A DNA stretch of 64,000 bases, from contig DASSCI010000060.1 in assembly GCA_035697845.1 (NCBI GenBank), positions 1,813 to 65,812 of the forward strand, written 5' to 3'. A program made the position numbers and the translations under genes. This DNA comes from Candidatus Limnocylindria bacterium (lineage in GTDB: Bacteria > Chloroflexota > Limnocylindria > QHBO01). Positions 28,601 through 36,377 of the stretch are shown one piece after another. The notes beneath the pieces are model-generated. The model was given only the letters and a program-made list of their open reading frames with translations. It had not been told where the DNA came from and made no database searches. Numbering within the stretch: the first letter of the stretch is position 1; each line of letters opens with the position of its first letter.

Positions 28601-29203
28601 GTTGACCAGATCGCCGGCGACCATGCCCATGCCGGCGGCGCCGATCGTCACGACCGCCTCACCGGTGTGGACCGCGGCACGCAACGCGAGGTCGGGCATG
28701 TCGCGCTCGACCCCCACGCGTCGGACGGCATCGACCAGGTCCAGGGCCGCGCGAACCGCGCGCTCGGCGTCGTCCTCCTGGGCCGTCGGCGTGCCCCACA
28801 CGGCCATGACGGCATCCCCGATGAACTTCTCGACCGTCCCACCGTAGCGATCGACGATGGCGCGGCAGGTTTCGAAATACGTGTCGAGCAGCGCTCGCAC
28901 GTCCTCGGCGTCGCGCGACTCGGACAGGGTGGTGAAGCCGACCAGATCGGCGAAAAGGACGGAGACGAGGCGCCGCTCGGTGGTCGGACTCCCGCTGGAG
29001 CCGGCGCCGGCGGACGCCGCGGCGTCGGGTGACGCTGCCGCATCGGCTTCGCCGAGCGCGTTGCCACACTCGCCGCAGAATCTGGCGGCGGGCGTGTTCG
29101 CCGAGCCGCAGGTCGAGCAGCGGACGGCCAAGGGCTGGCCGCAGTTCAGGCAGAACTTTCTGCCCGGCTCGTTCTCGGCCGCGCAGTTTGTGCAGGTGAT
29201 CAC
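25652..29203 (-). CDS. Multidomain signalling protein: double zinc ribbon, class III adenylate cyclase, STAND/NB-ARC-like AAA ATPase and TPR-like helical repeats.
   Basis: GTG start at 29203 with AGGAG upstream. Zinc ribbon CTNCAAEN...CLNCGQ...CSTCGS...CGECG. Cyclase domain VSVLFADLVGFTTL...FIGDAVMAVWG. P-loop GQAGIGKSRLAWEF. About 600 aa of C-terminal helical repeats with no LuxR HTH. Confidence 0.8.
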   Translation of the reverse strand: MITCTNCAAENEPGRKFCLNCGQPLAVRCSTCGSANTPAARFCGECGNALGEADAAASPDAAASAGAGSSGSPTTERRLVSVLFADLVGFTTLSESRDAEDVRALLDTYFETCRAIVDRYGGTVEKFIGDAVMAVWGTPTAQEDDAERAVRAALDLVDAVRRVGVERDMPDLALRAAVHTGEAVVTIGAAGMGMVAGDLVNTASRLQSVAPPGTVLVGEGTQRAAGNAIVFEAAGDQELKGKTSPVPAFRALRVVAQRGGVGRTEGLEPPFVGRDSELQLIKDFYHATARERGPRLVSVMGQAGIGKSRLAWEFLKYIDGVTEVVYWHQGRSPAYGEGISFWALGEMVRMRIGVGEGADEATTRERLGASLDEFVTDADERRSLEDPLLHLLGIGESRTRERGQLFGAWRTFFERIAEAGPVIMVFEDLQWADDGLLDFMEEMLSWSRGRSIYIITLARPELLDRRPTWGAGQRSFTSLSLAPLDDGEMRTMLNGLVPGLPDAVIEQIVRRAEGIPLYAVETVRTLLNDGRIERDGDSFRPAGDLDVLTVPESLHALIAARIDGLPASERTLVQDASVLGLSFGVPALSSITRANPDEIDAMLQHLNRREILVRDDDPRSPERGQYRFVQGLLREVAYATLARDDRRARHLAAARYYEALGDDELSGVLAQHYVDAYEAHPGGPEGAAVAAQARVALRAAAQRALELGSARRAHSYLASALTIAAEPTEELELLAAAFDAAENAGMLDTAVQLGERVTRLAADLGDDATRRRGLARLGNVLLEGQHERAFGLLEEAMAEPGLEPKDPGYLELATALAKCEMRRIHPERSVELADRVLPVAAASGNDELTLDLLITRGVAISGLNRILESISILTGALDVARRLGLADAATRAATNLGFVLAPDVPAAAFAVSRAGLEDASRAGIVGAIRYLLGNAVDGAIDVGEWDWALEALSEREALLIEPAERLWFGVYGTVIRELRGEDTGRDAQDLYESSRGIDDHQYRVLGGWALATQNLVRDRHAEQIRLIDELVAVGYNGAEAAAFGARSAIWHADLETARRMRDAFARAQMGRRNGTFLTTIDAGIAALEGRSADAVGLYREAERAFAELGLPLWLALAKIDRLATDSVPPSERARVADEARQILAGLRAQGLIDRLDAIVSKAPEVIVAPASDASDVAEAQPTV

Positions 29204-29306
29204 TCGGGCGGTGGCTCCTGTGGAGTGGCGCAAGTATCGGCCGCCGCTAGGGCGTCGGCAACCTATGCCAGGCGGAGCCGGAGGAAGCGGATCCTGGCGC
29301 GCCGGC

Positions 29307-29660
29307 TCAGGCGCGCTTCTTCTTGCCCTTGCTCTTCCCGTTCGTCGCCGGCTCTGGCGCGTCGAGCAGCGCGTCGATGGCGCGGCGAGCCTGGAACGCC
29401 GAGCCCCATGACTGCGTGGAGCGTGGCGCGTCCGCATCGGCCCTGATGTACCAACTGCGCTCGCCGGAGGCGTAGAGGATCTCGTAGCCGCGATGCTCCT
29501 CTGACGGACGCGGGCGATCATTGGCGAGGGCGATGGCTGCCTCGCGAGCGGTCCGTGGGGCGCCGCAGACGGCGCATCGGGATTCGAGGAGTCCGTGCGG
29601 GCAGCGGCGACAGGAGGCGCAGCGCTGCGTCTCGAATCCGTGAATGCATCGATCGGTCAT
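29307..29660 (-). CDS. Small Cys-rich (zinc-ribbon-like) protein with a Lys-rich tail.
   Basis: CIHGFETQRCASCRRCPHGLLESRCAVCG and a C-terminal KSKGKKKRA. Start placed at the internal Met. Confidence 0.4.
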   Translation of the reverse strand: MTDRCIHGFETQRCASCRRCPHGLLESRCAVCGAPRTAREAAIALANDRPRPSEEHRGYEILYASGERSWYIRADADAPRSTQSWGSAFQARRAIDALLDAPEPATNGKSKGKKKRA

Positions 29661-29832
29661 GAACGCCTTTCCGGTGGGTCTCCAGCGTACACGCAATTGA
29701 TGTGATACATTTCGCACACGTGTTCGATTGGCGCACCGGTCTGCGCCGCGGTCTGATCCCCGTCCCGATCCCGCTTACTTCTTCGCCCTGACCGGGCCCC
29801 GCACATCCTGTGGCGGGTGGGCCTACGTCAGG

Positions 29833-31132
29833 AGCCTTTCCCTTGTCCTTCTCAGTCCTCGGGCTGCGTCCCGACCTGCTTCGCACCGTCGCGCGGCAGG
29901 GATACATCGATCCAACACCCGTGCAGCGCGATGCGATCCCGCTCGTCCTCGCCGGGCGAGACCTGCTGGCCGGCGCTCAGACCGGCACCGGCAAGACGGC
30001 CGCGTTCGTCCTCCCCATGCTCCAGCGCCTGGCTGAGCGTCCGTCGAATGGTCGCCACGTTCGCGCGCTGATCCTCGCCCCAACCCGCGAGCTCGCCCTC
30101 CAGGTGGAGGAGTCGGTCCGCACCTACTCCGGCGGCCACGCACGCTCGACGGCCATCTACGGTGGCGTCGGCTTCGGCGGCCAGGTGGGCGCGCTGCGCC
30201 GCGGCGCCGAGATCGTCGTCGCCACGCCCGGCCGTCTGCTCGATCATGCCCGCCAGGGCACCATCGACCTGCGCTCGGTCGAGATCCTCGTCCTGGACGA
30301 GGCCGATCGGATGCTCGACATGGGCTTCATCCGCGACATCCGCCAGGTGCTGGCCCTTCTGCCCGACCGACGACAGAACCTCCTGTTCAGTGCGACCTTC
30401 TCGAAGGAGATTCGCGCGCTGGCCGAGGGGCTGCTCGACCGTCCGGCATCGGTGCAGGTCACGCCGGAGAACACCGCCGTCGAGCTCGTCGAGCAGGTCG
30501 TCCACCCGGTCGATCGCGAGCGAAAGCGCGAGCTGCTGACGCATCTCGTGCGCACGCGCCAGATCGACCAGGCGCTGGTCTTCACCCGCACCAAGCACGG
30601 CGCCAACAAGCTCGCCGAGCAGCTCAACCGCGACGGCATCGCCGCGGCGGCGATCCATGGCAACAAGTCGCAGCCGCAGCGCGTTCGTGCCCTCGCCGAC
30701 TTCAAGGCCGGGCGCGTCCTCCTGCTGGTGGCCACCGAGGTCGCCTCGCGCGGCCTCGACATCGAGTCGCTGCCGCACGTCGTCAACTTCGAGCTGCCGA
30801 TGGTGCCGGCCGACTACGTCCACCGCATCGGCCGCACCGGTCGCGCCGGCGAGACCGGGACCGCCGTCTCGCTCGTGTGCGTTGACGAGGCCCCACTCCT
30901 GCGCCAGATCGAGCGGCTCCTGAAGGTGCCGATCCCGTCGCGCGTGATCGAGGGCTTCGAGCCGAACCGATCCATCCCCGCCGAGCCGATTCGGATGCGC
31001 TCCGGCCAGGCCGGCCGCGGGCGTCCGACGGCGCAGCGTCGCTTCGACTCGCCGAACCGTGCGCCGGCCCGATCCGCGGACGGCCGACGCCGGCAGCGCC
31101 GCCGCCGGCCACAGGGGACCTACGCCCGCTAG
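29833..31132 (+). CDS. DEAD-box ATP-dependent RNA helicase (RhlE-like).
   Basis: TTG start after AGGAG. Q motif, Walker [16 protein letters not shown] box VLDEAD, SAT, and [10 protein letters not shown]. An Arg-rich C-terminal tail follows. Confidence 0.9.
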
Positions 31133-31300
31133 CTCCCAGGTCATGGCCCGGATGCGCCAGGACGTTCGTTCCTTCGAGAACGAGGTGCCCCGCCCTAGAC
31201 TCGAGGGCATGCCGGCTACGGTCGCCGGCCGGGCACCGGGGGATCTCCCGACGTGGTTCTCCACCTTCGTCGATGGCGGCCACGATTGAGGAGGTACCTC

Positions 31301-32056
31301 TTGCTTCGATCACGGCTGATCATCGGTTCGCTGCTCACCGTCGCGCTCTTGGCCGTCCCGGCCATCGCGGCAGCCGCGACGTTCACCGTCACCGGAACCT
31401 CGACCGGTACGGCAACCGCCCAACCCACCGAGCCCGCCGCCCTGTGCGACCCGACCGCTCCCGACAATGCGGAAGAGCTGGTGTGCGACTTCGACATCGC
31501 CGGGACGTTCACGGCCACGACGCTCGGCGCGGGAACCTACACCGGCACCACGCGCCTCGACTGGTCGATCTACACCGGCGCCGAACCGTGTGCCGAGATG
31601 ACCGGAACGATGGTGCTCACCACCGGGGACGGGACGCTGACGCTCACCATGGCGGATTCCAGCCGGGTGTGCGAGACCGGCGATCCCGATGTCCATGCGA
31701 CGTCCATGGACGCGACGATCACCGGTGCAACCGGGGATTACGTCGGGGCCACCGGCACCTTTACCGGCGAGGGGACCACGACCTCCGTCGACGGCGTGCT
31801 GAGCTACTCGGCCGAGCAGGATCTCGCCGGCAGCGTCACGCTCCCCGACCCGACGCCCACGCCGACGCCCACGCCGACCCCCACGCCGACGCCCACCCCG
31901 TCCAGTGCGGCGCCGAGCGCGACGCCAGCGGTCGGCGCGCTGCCGGACACCGCCTCGCCGTCGAGCGGCGGATCGCCGATCGCGATTCTGCTGGGCGCCG
32001 TGTTCATCGGCGCCGTGATGCTCGTCGGCAATCGCGCCCGTCAGCTCGGCCGGTAA
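31301..32056 (+). CDS. Secreted protein with a (Pro-Thr)n linker and a C-terminal sorting-signal-like anchor.
   Basis: GAGGAGG Shine-Dalgarno motif, then TTG 31301. Signal peptide LLRSRLIIGSLLTVALLAVPAIAAAA. Linker PTPTPTPTPTPTPTP. C-terminal LPDTAS, a hydrophobic helix and NRARQLGR. Confidence 0.55.
   Translation: MLRSRLIIGSLLTVALLAVPAIAAAATFTVTGTSTGTATAQPTEPAALCDPTAPDNAEELVCDFDIAGTFTATTLGAGTYTGTTRLDWSIYTGAEPCAEMTGTMVLTTGDGTLTLTMADSSRVCETGDPDVHATSMDATITGATGDYVGATGTFTGEGTTTSVDGVLSYSAEQDLAGSVTLPDPTPTPTPTPTPTPTPTPSSAAPSATPAVGALPDTASPSSGGSPIAILLGAVFIGAVMLVGNRARQLGR
31846..31900 (+). repeat. Tandem 6/12-bp coding repeat (ccgacgcccacg)n encoding the (PT)n linker.
   Basis: Read directly in the sequence: ccgacgcccacgccgacgcccacgccgacccccacgccgacgcccacc. 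Confidence 0.8.
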
Positions 32057-32075
32057 GGGCGACGCACCGCACGTG

Positions 32076-32102
32076 GTGGCCGCCGGCGACGGCGGCCGCC
32101 AC
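32076..32102. terminator. Candidate bidirectional terminator hairpin between convergent genes.
   Basis: Imperfect 13-pair GC-rich inverted repeat GTGGCCGCCGGCG-A-CGGCGGCCGCCAC, lying between stops near 32056 and 32106. Confidence 0.3.
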
Positions 32103-32105
32103 GCC

Positions 32106-32456
32106 TCAGTAGCCGATCGGCTTCTCCGGGTCCGCGATCGCGCCGTTGCGCGGATCGTCGTCCGCGTACTCTTCCTCGTTGAGCGGCGCGCCGGAGGTGC
32201 GCGGCGGCTCCGTGGGGACCTCGGACCACTCTGCCTCGTCGACCTGCTCCTGGGTGAGCGAGATCCCGATCTCGCTCATCTCTGGCCGGACGTGCTCCAG
32301 GACGCCGGCCGGGAAGTATCGATGATCCGTGTTGATGAGCCCCGACTTCACGAGGATGTAGGTCTCGGTGACCTCCTCGACGGAGCCGATGCTCTGGCCG
32401 TCAACTGACTTGACGCTCCAGCCCCTCTCGATGCCGTGAATGTCGTTGTCGCTCAT
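32106..32456 (-). CDS. Hypothetical protein (PRC-barrel/DUF2171-like), acidic C-terminus.
   Basis: Start MSDNDIHGIERGWSVKSVDGQSIGSVEEV..., with coding-like composition. Confidence 0.4.
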   Translation of the reverse strand: MSDNDIHGIERGWSVKSVDGQSIGSVEEVTETYILVKSGLINTDHRYFPAGVLEHVRPEMSEIGISLTQEQVDEAEWSEVPTEPPRTSGAPLNEEEYADDDPRNGAIADPEKPIGY

Positions 32457-32509
32457 GCGCGTCGCACCAGCACGCCGCATGCCCGCCGACCGAGCTACCG
32501 TTGGCTGCC

Positions 32510-33055
32510 ATGAGCGTGCGCCTGGCCGATCCCGATCGCGACGCCGATGCGGTCGCCGCCATCTATCGACCCGCCGTCGAAACCTCGATCGCGTCGTTCG
32601 AGGAGGTGGCTCCCTCGGCCGTCGAGATGGCCGCGCGGATCCGCGCCGTGCTGGCCTGGACGCCGTGGCTGGTGATGGAGGATCACGAGTCTGTCATCGG
32701 CTACGCCTACGCGGGACGCCACAGGGAGCGACCCGGCTACCGCTGGTCGGTCGACATCTCCGTCTACGTTGCTGCCGATCAGCATGGCCGTGGCATCGGC
32801 CGCGCGCTGTACGACGCGCTGCTGTCCCTGTTGCGCCGCCAGCGATTCGTCAACGCGTACGCCGGGATCGCGCTGCCGAATCCTGCGAGCGTCGCCCTGC
32901 ACGAGGCGATCGGCATGCGACGGGTGGCGCTGTACGAGCGCGTCGGCTGGAAGTTCGGCGCCTGGCACGACGTCGCCTGGTACGCGATGCGCCTTGCCGA
33001 GCCGGTGGGGCAGCCATCCGAGCCGATACCACTGCCCGAGCTTCTCCATCGGTGA
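32510..33055 (+). CDS. GNAT family acetyltransferase (phosphinothricin-acetyltransferase-like).
   Basis: Motif QHGRGIGRALYDALLSLLRRQRFVNAYAGIALPNPASVALHEAIGM. Confidence 0.7.
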   Translation: MSVRLADPDRDADAVAAIYRPAVETSIASFEEVAPSAVEMAARIRAVLAWTPWLVMEDHESVIGYAYAGRHRERPGYRWSVDISVYVAADQHGRGIGRALYDALLSLLRRQRFVNAYAGIALPNPASVALHEAIGMRRVALYERVGWKFGAWHDVAWYAMRLAEPVGQPSEPIPLPELLHR

Positions 33056-33064
33056 CCCGAGGTC

Positions 33065-33240
33065 TCTCGCCAGCTACCAACCACGGGGGGCTTAGGCGGC
33101 GCCACAAGGGTGAACCTGTGCGAAGGGCCGTCACCTGCCAATCCATCGGCTCTATGGCGAAGAATTGGCTCGCGAGCCTCTGACGCGACGCTGTCCGGCT
33201 CGCCTAAGCCCACCACCATTGGTAGGTGGCAAGCTGACGA
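33065..33240. repeat. Copy 1 of a roughly 150-bp palindromic repeat unit. It overlaps the 3' end of the HTH-nuclease gene.
   Basis: GGCTTAGGCGGCG at about 33089, about 110 bp of sequence, then CGCCTAAGCCCACCACCATTGGTAGGTGGCAAGC at 33201-33235. The same terminal module occurs at 34049-34085 and 34229-34265. Confidence 0.6.
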
Positions 33241-33904
33241 ATGCGAGCAGCCCTTCTGTCGGTGCCGTCGGATCGCCGATGAACCGCGATACCTCGCGGT
33301 TGCGAAGCGCGTAGCGTGCGAAGAGCCCAGGGTGGTCGCTCACGCGGCGGCGCGCAGTCCGACCTTCTGCGATCACGAGGCATCCAACGACGCGGCGCAC
33401 GCGCCACCCTCGATCCGCAGCGATCTGGCGCGCGAGTCGGATCTTCACGTCATGTCGACCGATCGTCTCCTCGAGGCTCCAGATGCCTGTCTTCGCTTCG
33501 ACCACCTCGAGGACGCCGGTCTTCTCGTGAAAACAGAGCTGGTCGATGCGGCCGCGCTCGCCAAAGATGCTGAAGCTCACCTCGTTGGCGATCTGCCAGC
33601 CCGCTCGGCGGTGTCGGCGTGCCCACTCCTCGAGCAGCCGTGCATGATCGGCGTCGAGCAGTCGATCCAGATCGCCGCGCCCGCCCCACACGACGTCCAG
33701 GACGGCGGCGGCGTCCAGTGCCTTCAACACGCGGCGAATGGTCGACAGCGTGTATCGATCGACGTGGCCGCGCTCCATGTCGGAGGCCGCCGACTGGCTG
33801 ACGCCGGCCCTGGCGGCCAGGTCGACCTGTCGCCATCGGCGGCGTTGGCGAAGCGTTCGAATGGTGGTCCCGATCCGGCGATCGTCCATCGGCACAGGAT
33901 CCAC
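33152..33904 (-). CDS. HTH_XRE DNA-binding domain fused to a PD-(D/E)xK (Hjc/restriction-endonuclease-like) domain.
   Basis: HTH IRTLRQRRRWRQVDLAARAGVSQSAASDMERG. C-terminal GERGRIDQLCF...VLEVVEAKTG matches an E...D...E-x-K nuclease-fold motif. The last roughly 30 codons are encoded by repeat copy 1. Confidence 0.55.
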   Translation of the reverse strand: MDPVPMDDRRIGTTIRTLRQRRRWRQVDLAARAGVSQSAASDMERGHVDRYTLSTIRRVLKALDAAAVLDVVWGGRGDLDRLLDADHARLLEEWARRHRRAGWQIANEVSFSIFGERGRIDQLCFHEKTGVLEVVEAKTGIWSLEETIGRHDVKIRLARQIAADRGWRVRRVVGCLVIAEGRTARRRVSDHPGLFARYALRNREVSRFIGDPTAPTEGLLAFVSLPPTNGGGLRRAGQRRVRGSRANSSP

Positions 33905-33926
33905 GCCGGCGCTTACCGGCCGCTTA

Positions 33927-34085
33927 CCTGTCAGTTACCGATGTCCGGCGGCTTAGGCGGCGGATCCTGATCCGATCGGCCGAAAAGCCCGTCACTCACC
34001 AATCACGGGCCAACTCCGACGACGCGACGACCGCCCGAGCCGCCTAAGCCCTGCACCATTGGTAGGTGGCAAAGCAAGGCGGACC
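33927..34085. repeat. Copy 2 of the palindromic repeat unit (tandem with copy 3).
   Basis: The 116-bp core 33927-34042 is identical, apart from 1 mismatch, to 34095-34210. It ends with CGCCTAAGCCCTGCACCATTGGTAGGTGGCAAAGC. Confidence 0.8.
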
Positions 34086-34094
34086 GGCCGCTTA

Positions 34095-34265
34095 CCTGTC
34101 AGTTACCAATGTCCGGCGGCTTAGGCGGCGGATCCTGATCCGATCGGCCGAAAAGCCCGTCACTCACCAATCACGGGCCAACTCCGACGACGCGACGACC
34201 CTCGGAGCCGGCCTCCAGTCGCCTAAGCCCACCACCATTGGTATGTGGCAAAGCAACCGACCGGC
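34095..34265. repeat. Copy 3 of the palindromic repeat unit.
   Basis: See copy 2. Terminal module CGCCTAAGCCCACCACCATTGGTATGTGGCAAAGC. The internal inverted pair is GGCTTAGGCG/CGCCTAAGCC. Confidence 0.8.
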
Positions 34266-34320
34266 CACGCATCAGGGCGGCGTGGACGAAGCCACGACAT
34301 CGGCCTAGGCTGCGAAGCAC

Positions 34321-36354
34321 ATGAGCACCTTCCGCTACTCGAGATGGGACGGCACGCAGCAACTGCCGGCGTTCGACGCGGACGACGTGCTCGATGCGCT
34401 CTCCGACGACATCCTGGCCGAGGGCGACGTTCGCCGAGCCCTCCAGCGCCTCATGCAACGCGGGCTGAGGGGCACGCGTGGCGGCGACATTCCGGGCCTG
34501 CGGCGGATCATGGATCGGCTCCGCGCCCGACGTCAGGAGGAGCTCGAGCGCAGCAACCTCGAGGGCGTGCTTGACGACCTCAACGCGCGGATGGACGGCA
34601 TCCTGGCGCAGGAGCGATCGGGCATCGAGCGCCGCACGAAGGAAGCGGAGCAGCGAGCGCTCGACGCGCCGCCGGGCGAGGAGCAGGACCAGGCGCGCAT
34701 GGCTGAGCAGGTCATGCGGCGCACCGCGCGGCAGCGGGAGTATCGGCTCGATGCGCTGCCCGACAACCTCGCGGGCAGGCTGAACGGCCTGCGCGACTAC
34801 GAGTTCATGGACGACGCCGCCCGCGAGGCCTTCAACGAGCTCACCGATGAGCTGCGCCAGCAGATGCTGCAGACCTACTTCCAGGGCCTCAAGGAGGGCG
34901 TGGAGAAGATCACGCCCGAGGACCTCGCCGGCGTGCGCGACATGGTGCGCGACCTCAACCAGCTCCTCGAGAAGCACGCCGCCGGCGCCGATACGAGCGC
35001 GGACTTCGCGCAGTTCATGGCGAAGCACGGCGCGTACTTTCCCCCGGGCATCAGCGACACCGATGAGCTGATCGAGCACCTGCACCGGCAGGCGTCGCAG
35101 ATGGCGAGCCTCATGAACTCGATGAGCCCGCAGATGCGCGAGGAGCTTCGCGAGCTCATGGAGGACCTGCTGCGCGACGATCGGCTGAAGATCGACATGG
35201 CGCGGCTCGCCGGGAACCTCCAGGCGGCCCGTCCAGACCTGCCGTTCGGCGAGCCGTATCCGTTCGAGGGCGACGAGCCGATGGGCCTGGCCGATGCGCT
35301 GGCCGCCATCGACCGTCAGCAGCAGTACGACGCCATGGAGGAGGCGCTCGGTGCCGCCCGTGACCCGGACGCCCTCGAACGCGTCGACGCCGATGCGCTG
35401 CGCGACCTGGCCGGGGACGATGCGATCGACGATCTCGATCAGCTCCGCGAGCTCACCCGCGCGCTGGAGGAGGCGGGCTACCTCGACCGCGATGGCGGCC
35501 ACCTCGAGCTGACCCCGCGCGCCGCGCGCAAGCTCGGCATGCGCGCGCTGACCGACATCTTCAGCCGGCTGCGTCGTGAGGGGTTCGGTGGGCATGCGCT
35601 GCCGCGGGCCGGCCGCGGCGGCGAGCCGACCGAGGAGACGAAGCGCTACGAGTTCGGCGATCCCTTTGCCGTCGACATCAATCGGACCCTGTTCAACGCC
35701 ATGGCGCGCGGTGGCGCCGGCACGCCCGTCCACATCGGACCCGACGACTTCGAGGTCGCGCGGACAGAGGAGACGACGACATCGAGCACGGTGCTGCTAC
35801 TCGACATGAGCCGATCGATGCTGCTCCGTGGCTGCTCATCGGCCGCGAAGCGGGTGGCCATGGCGCTGCACACGTTGATTCACACCAAGTACCCGCGCGA
35901 TCGCCTGTACGTCGTCGGCTTCGCGTACTACGCGCGCCAGCTCAAGGCGGAGGCCATCCCGACGCTCAGCCCGTACGAGTTCGAATACGGCACGAACCTC
36001 CAGCACGCGCTGATCATCGCCAGACAGCTGCTGGGGCGGGGGACCGGCGGCAACAAGGAGATCGTCGTCATCACCGATGGCGAGCCGACCGCCCACATCG
36101 AGGGCGGCCAGGTCGAGTTTGCCTACCCGCCGACGCTGCGCACGGTGCAGTCGACGCTGCGCGAGGTGGGCCGATGCACCCGCGAGGGCATCGTCATCAA
36201 CACCTTCATGCTCGAGCGCTCTCGCTACCTGAGCGAGTTCGTGGACCTGATGTCGCGCATCAACCGTGGCCGCGCCTTCTACGTCGAGCCGGAGCACCTC
36301 GGCGAGTACGTCCTCGTCGACTACGTCTCGAAGAAGACGAAGCGGGTGGCGTAG
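34321..36354 (+). CDS. VWA (von Willebrand factor A) domain protein of the CoxE / vWA-MoxR-associated type. It has a long acidic coiled-coil N-terminal region.
   Basis: C-terminal VWA with MIDAS residues LLLDMSRSM...VVITDGEPT. Start MSTFRYSRWDGTQQ. 677 aa. I rejected the opposite-strand 520-aa ORF as a shadow. Confidence 0.7.
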   Translation: MSTFRYSRWDGTQQLPAFDADDVLDALSDDILAEGDVRRALQRLMQRGLRGTRGGDIPGLRRIMDRLRARRQEELERSNLEGVLDDLNARMDGILAQERSGIERRTKEAEQRALDAPPGEEQDQARMAEQVMRRTARQREYRLDALPDNLAGRLNGLRDYEFMDDAAREAFNELTDELRQQMLQTYFQGLKEGVEKITPEDLAGVRDMVRDLNQLLEKHAAGADTSADFAQFMAKHGAYFPPGISDTDELIEHLHRQASQMASLMNSMSPQMREELRELMEDLLRDDRLKIDMARLAGNLQAARPDLPFGEPYPFEGDEPMGLADALAAIDRQQQYDAMEEALGAARDPDALERVDADALRDLAGDDAIDDLDQLRELTRALEEAGYLDRDGGHLELTPRAARKLGMRALTDIFSRLRREGFGGHALPRAGRGGEPTEETKRYEFGDPFAVDINRTLFNAMARGGAGTPVHIGPDDFEVARTEETTTSSTVLLLDMSRSMLLRGCSSAAKRVAMALHTLIHTKYPRDRLYVVGFAYYARQLKAEAIPTLSPYEFEYGTNLQHALIIARQLLGRGTGGNKEIVVITDGEPTAHIEGGQVEFAYPPTLRTVQSTLREVGRCTREGIVINTFMLERSRYLSEFVDLMSRINRGRAFYVEPEHLGEYVLVDYVSKKTKRVA

Positions 36355-36377
36355 GGGCAGCGCAGCTCCGTCGAGCC

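Noticed and set aside
26729-29032. 767-aa forward ORF inside the STAND-cyclase gene.
   Set aside because: It is antisense shadow. The reverse frame has a zinc ribbon, cyclase domain and P-loop in the correct order.
33907-34265. Possible CRISPR array or tRNA in the repeat island.
   Set aside because: There are only two tandem copies of a 116-bp unit with a roughly 52-bp spacer. That is far longer than CRISPR repeats and no cas genes are present. No cloverleaf or T-loop (GTTCGAATC-like) sequence is present.
34171-35733. 520-aa reverse ORF overlapping the VWA gene.
   Set aside because: The forward ORF has a VWA MIDAS motif and coding-like acidic composition. The reverse ORF's N-terminus merely translates the repeat DNA.
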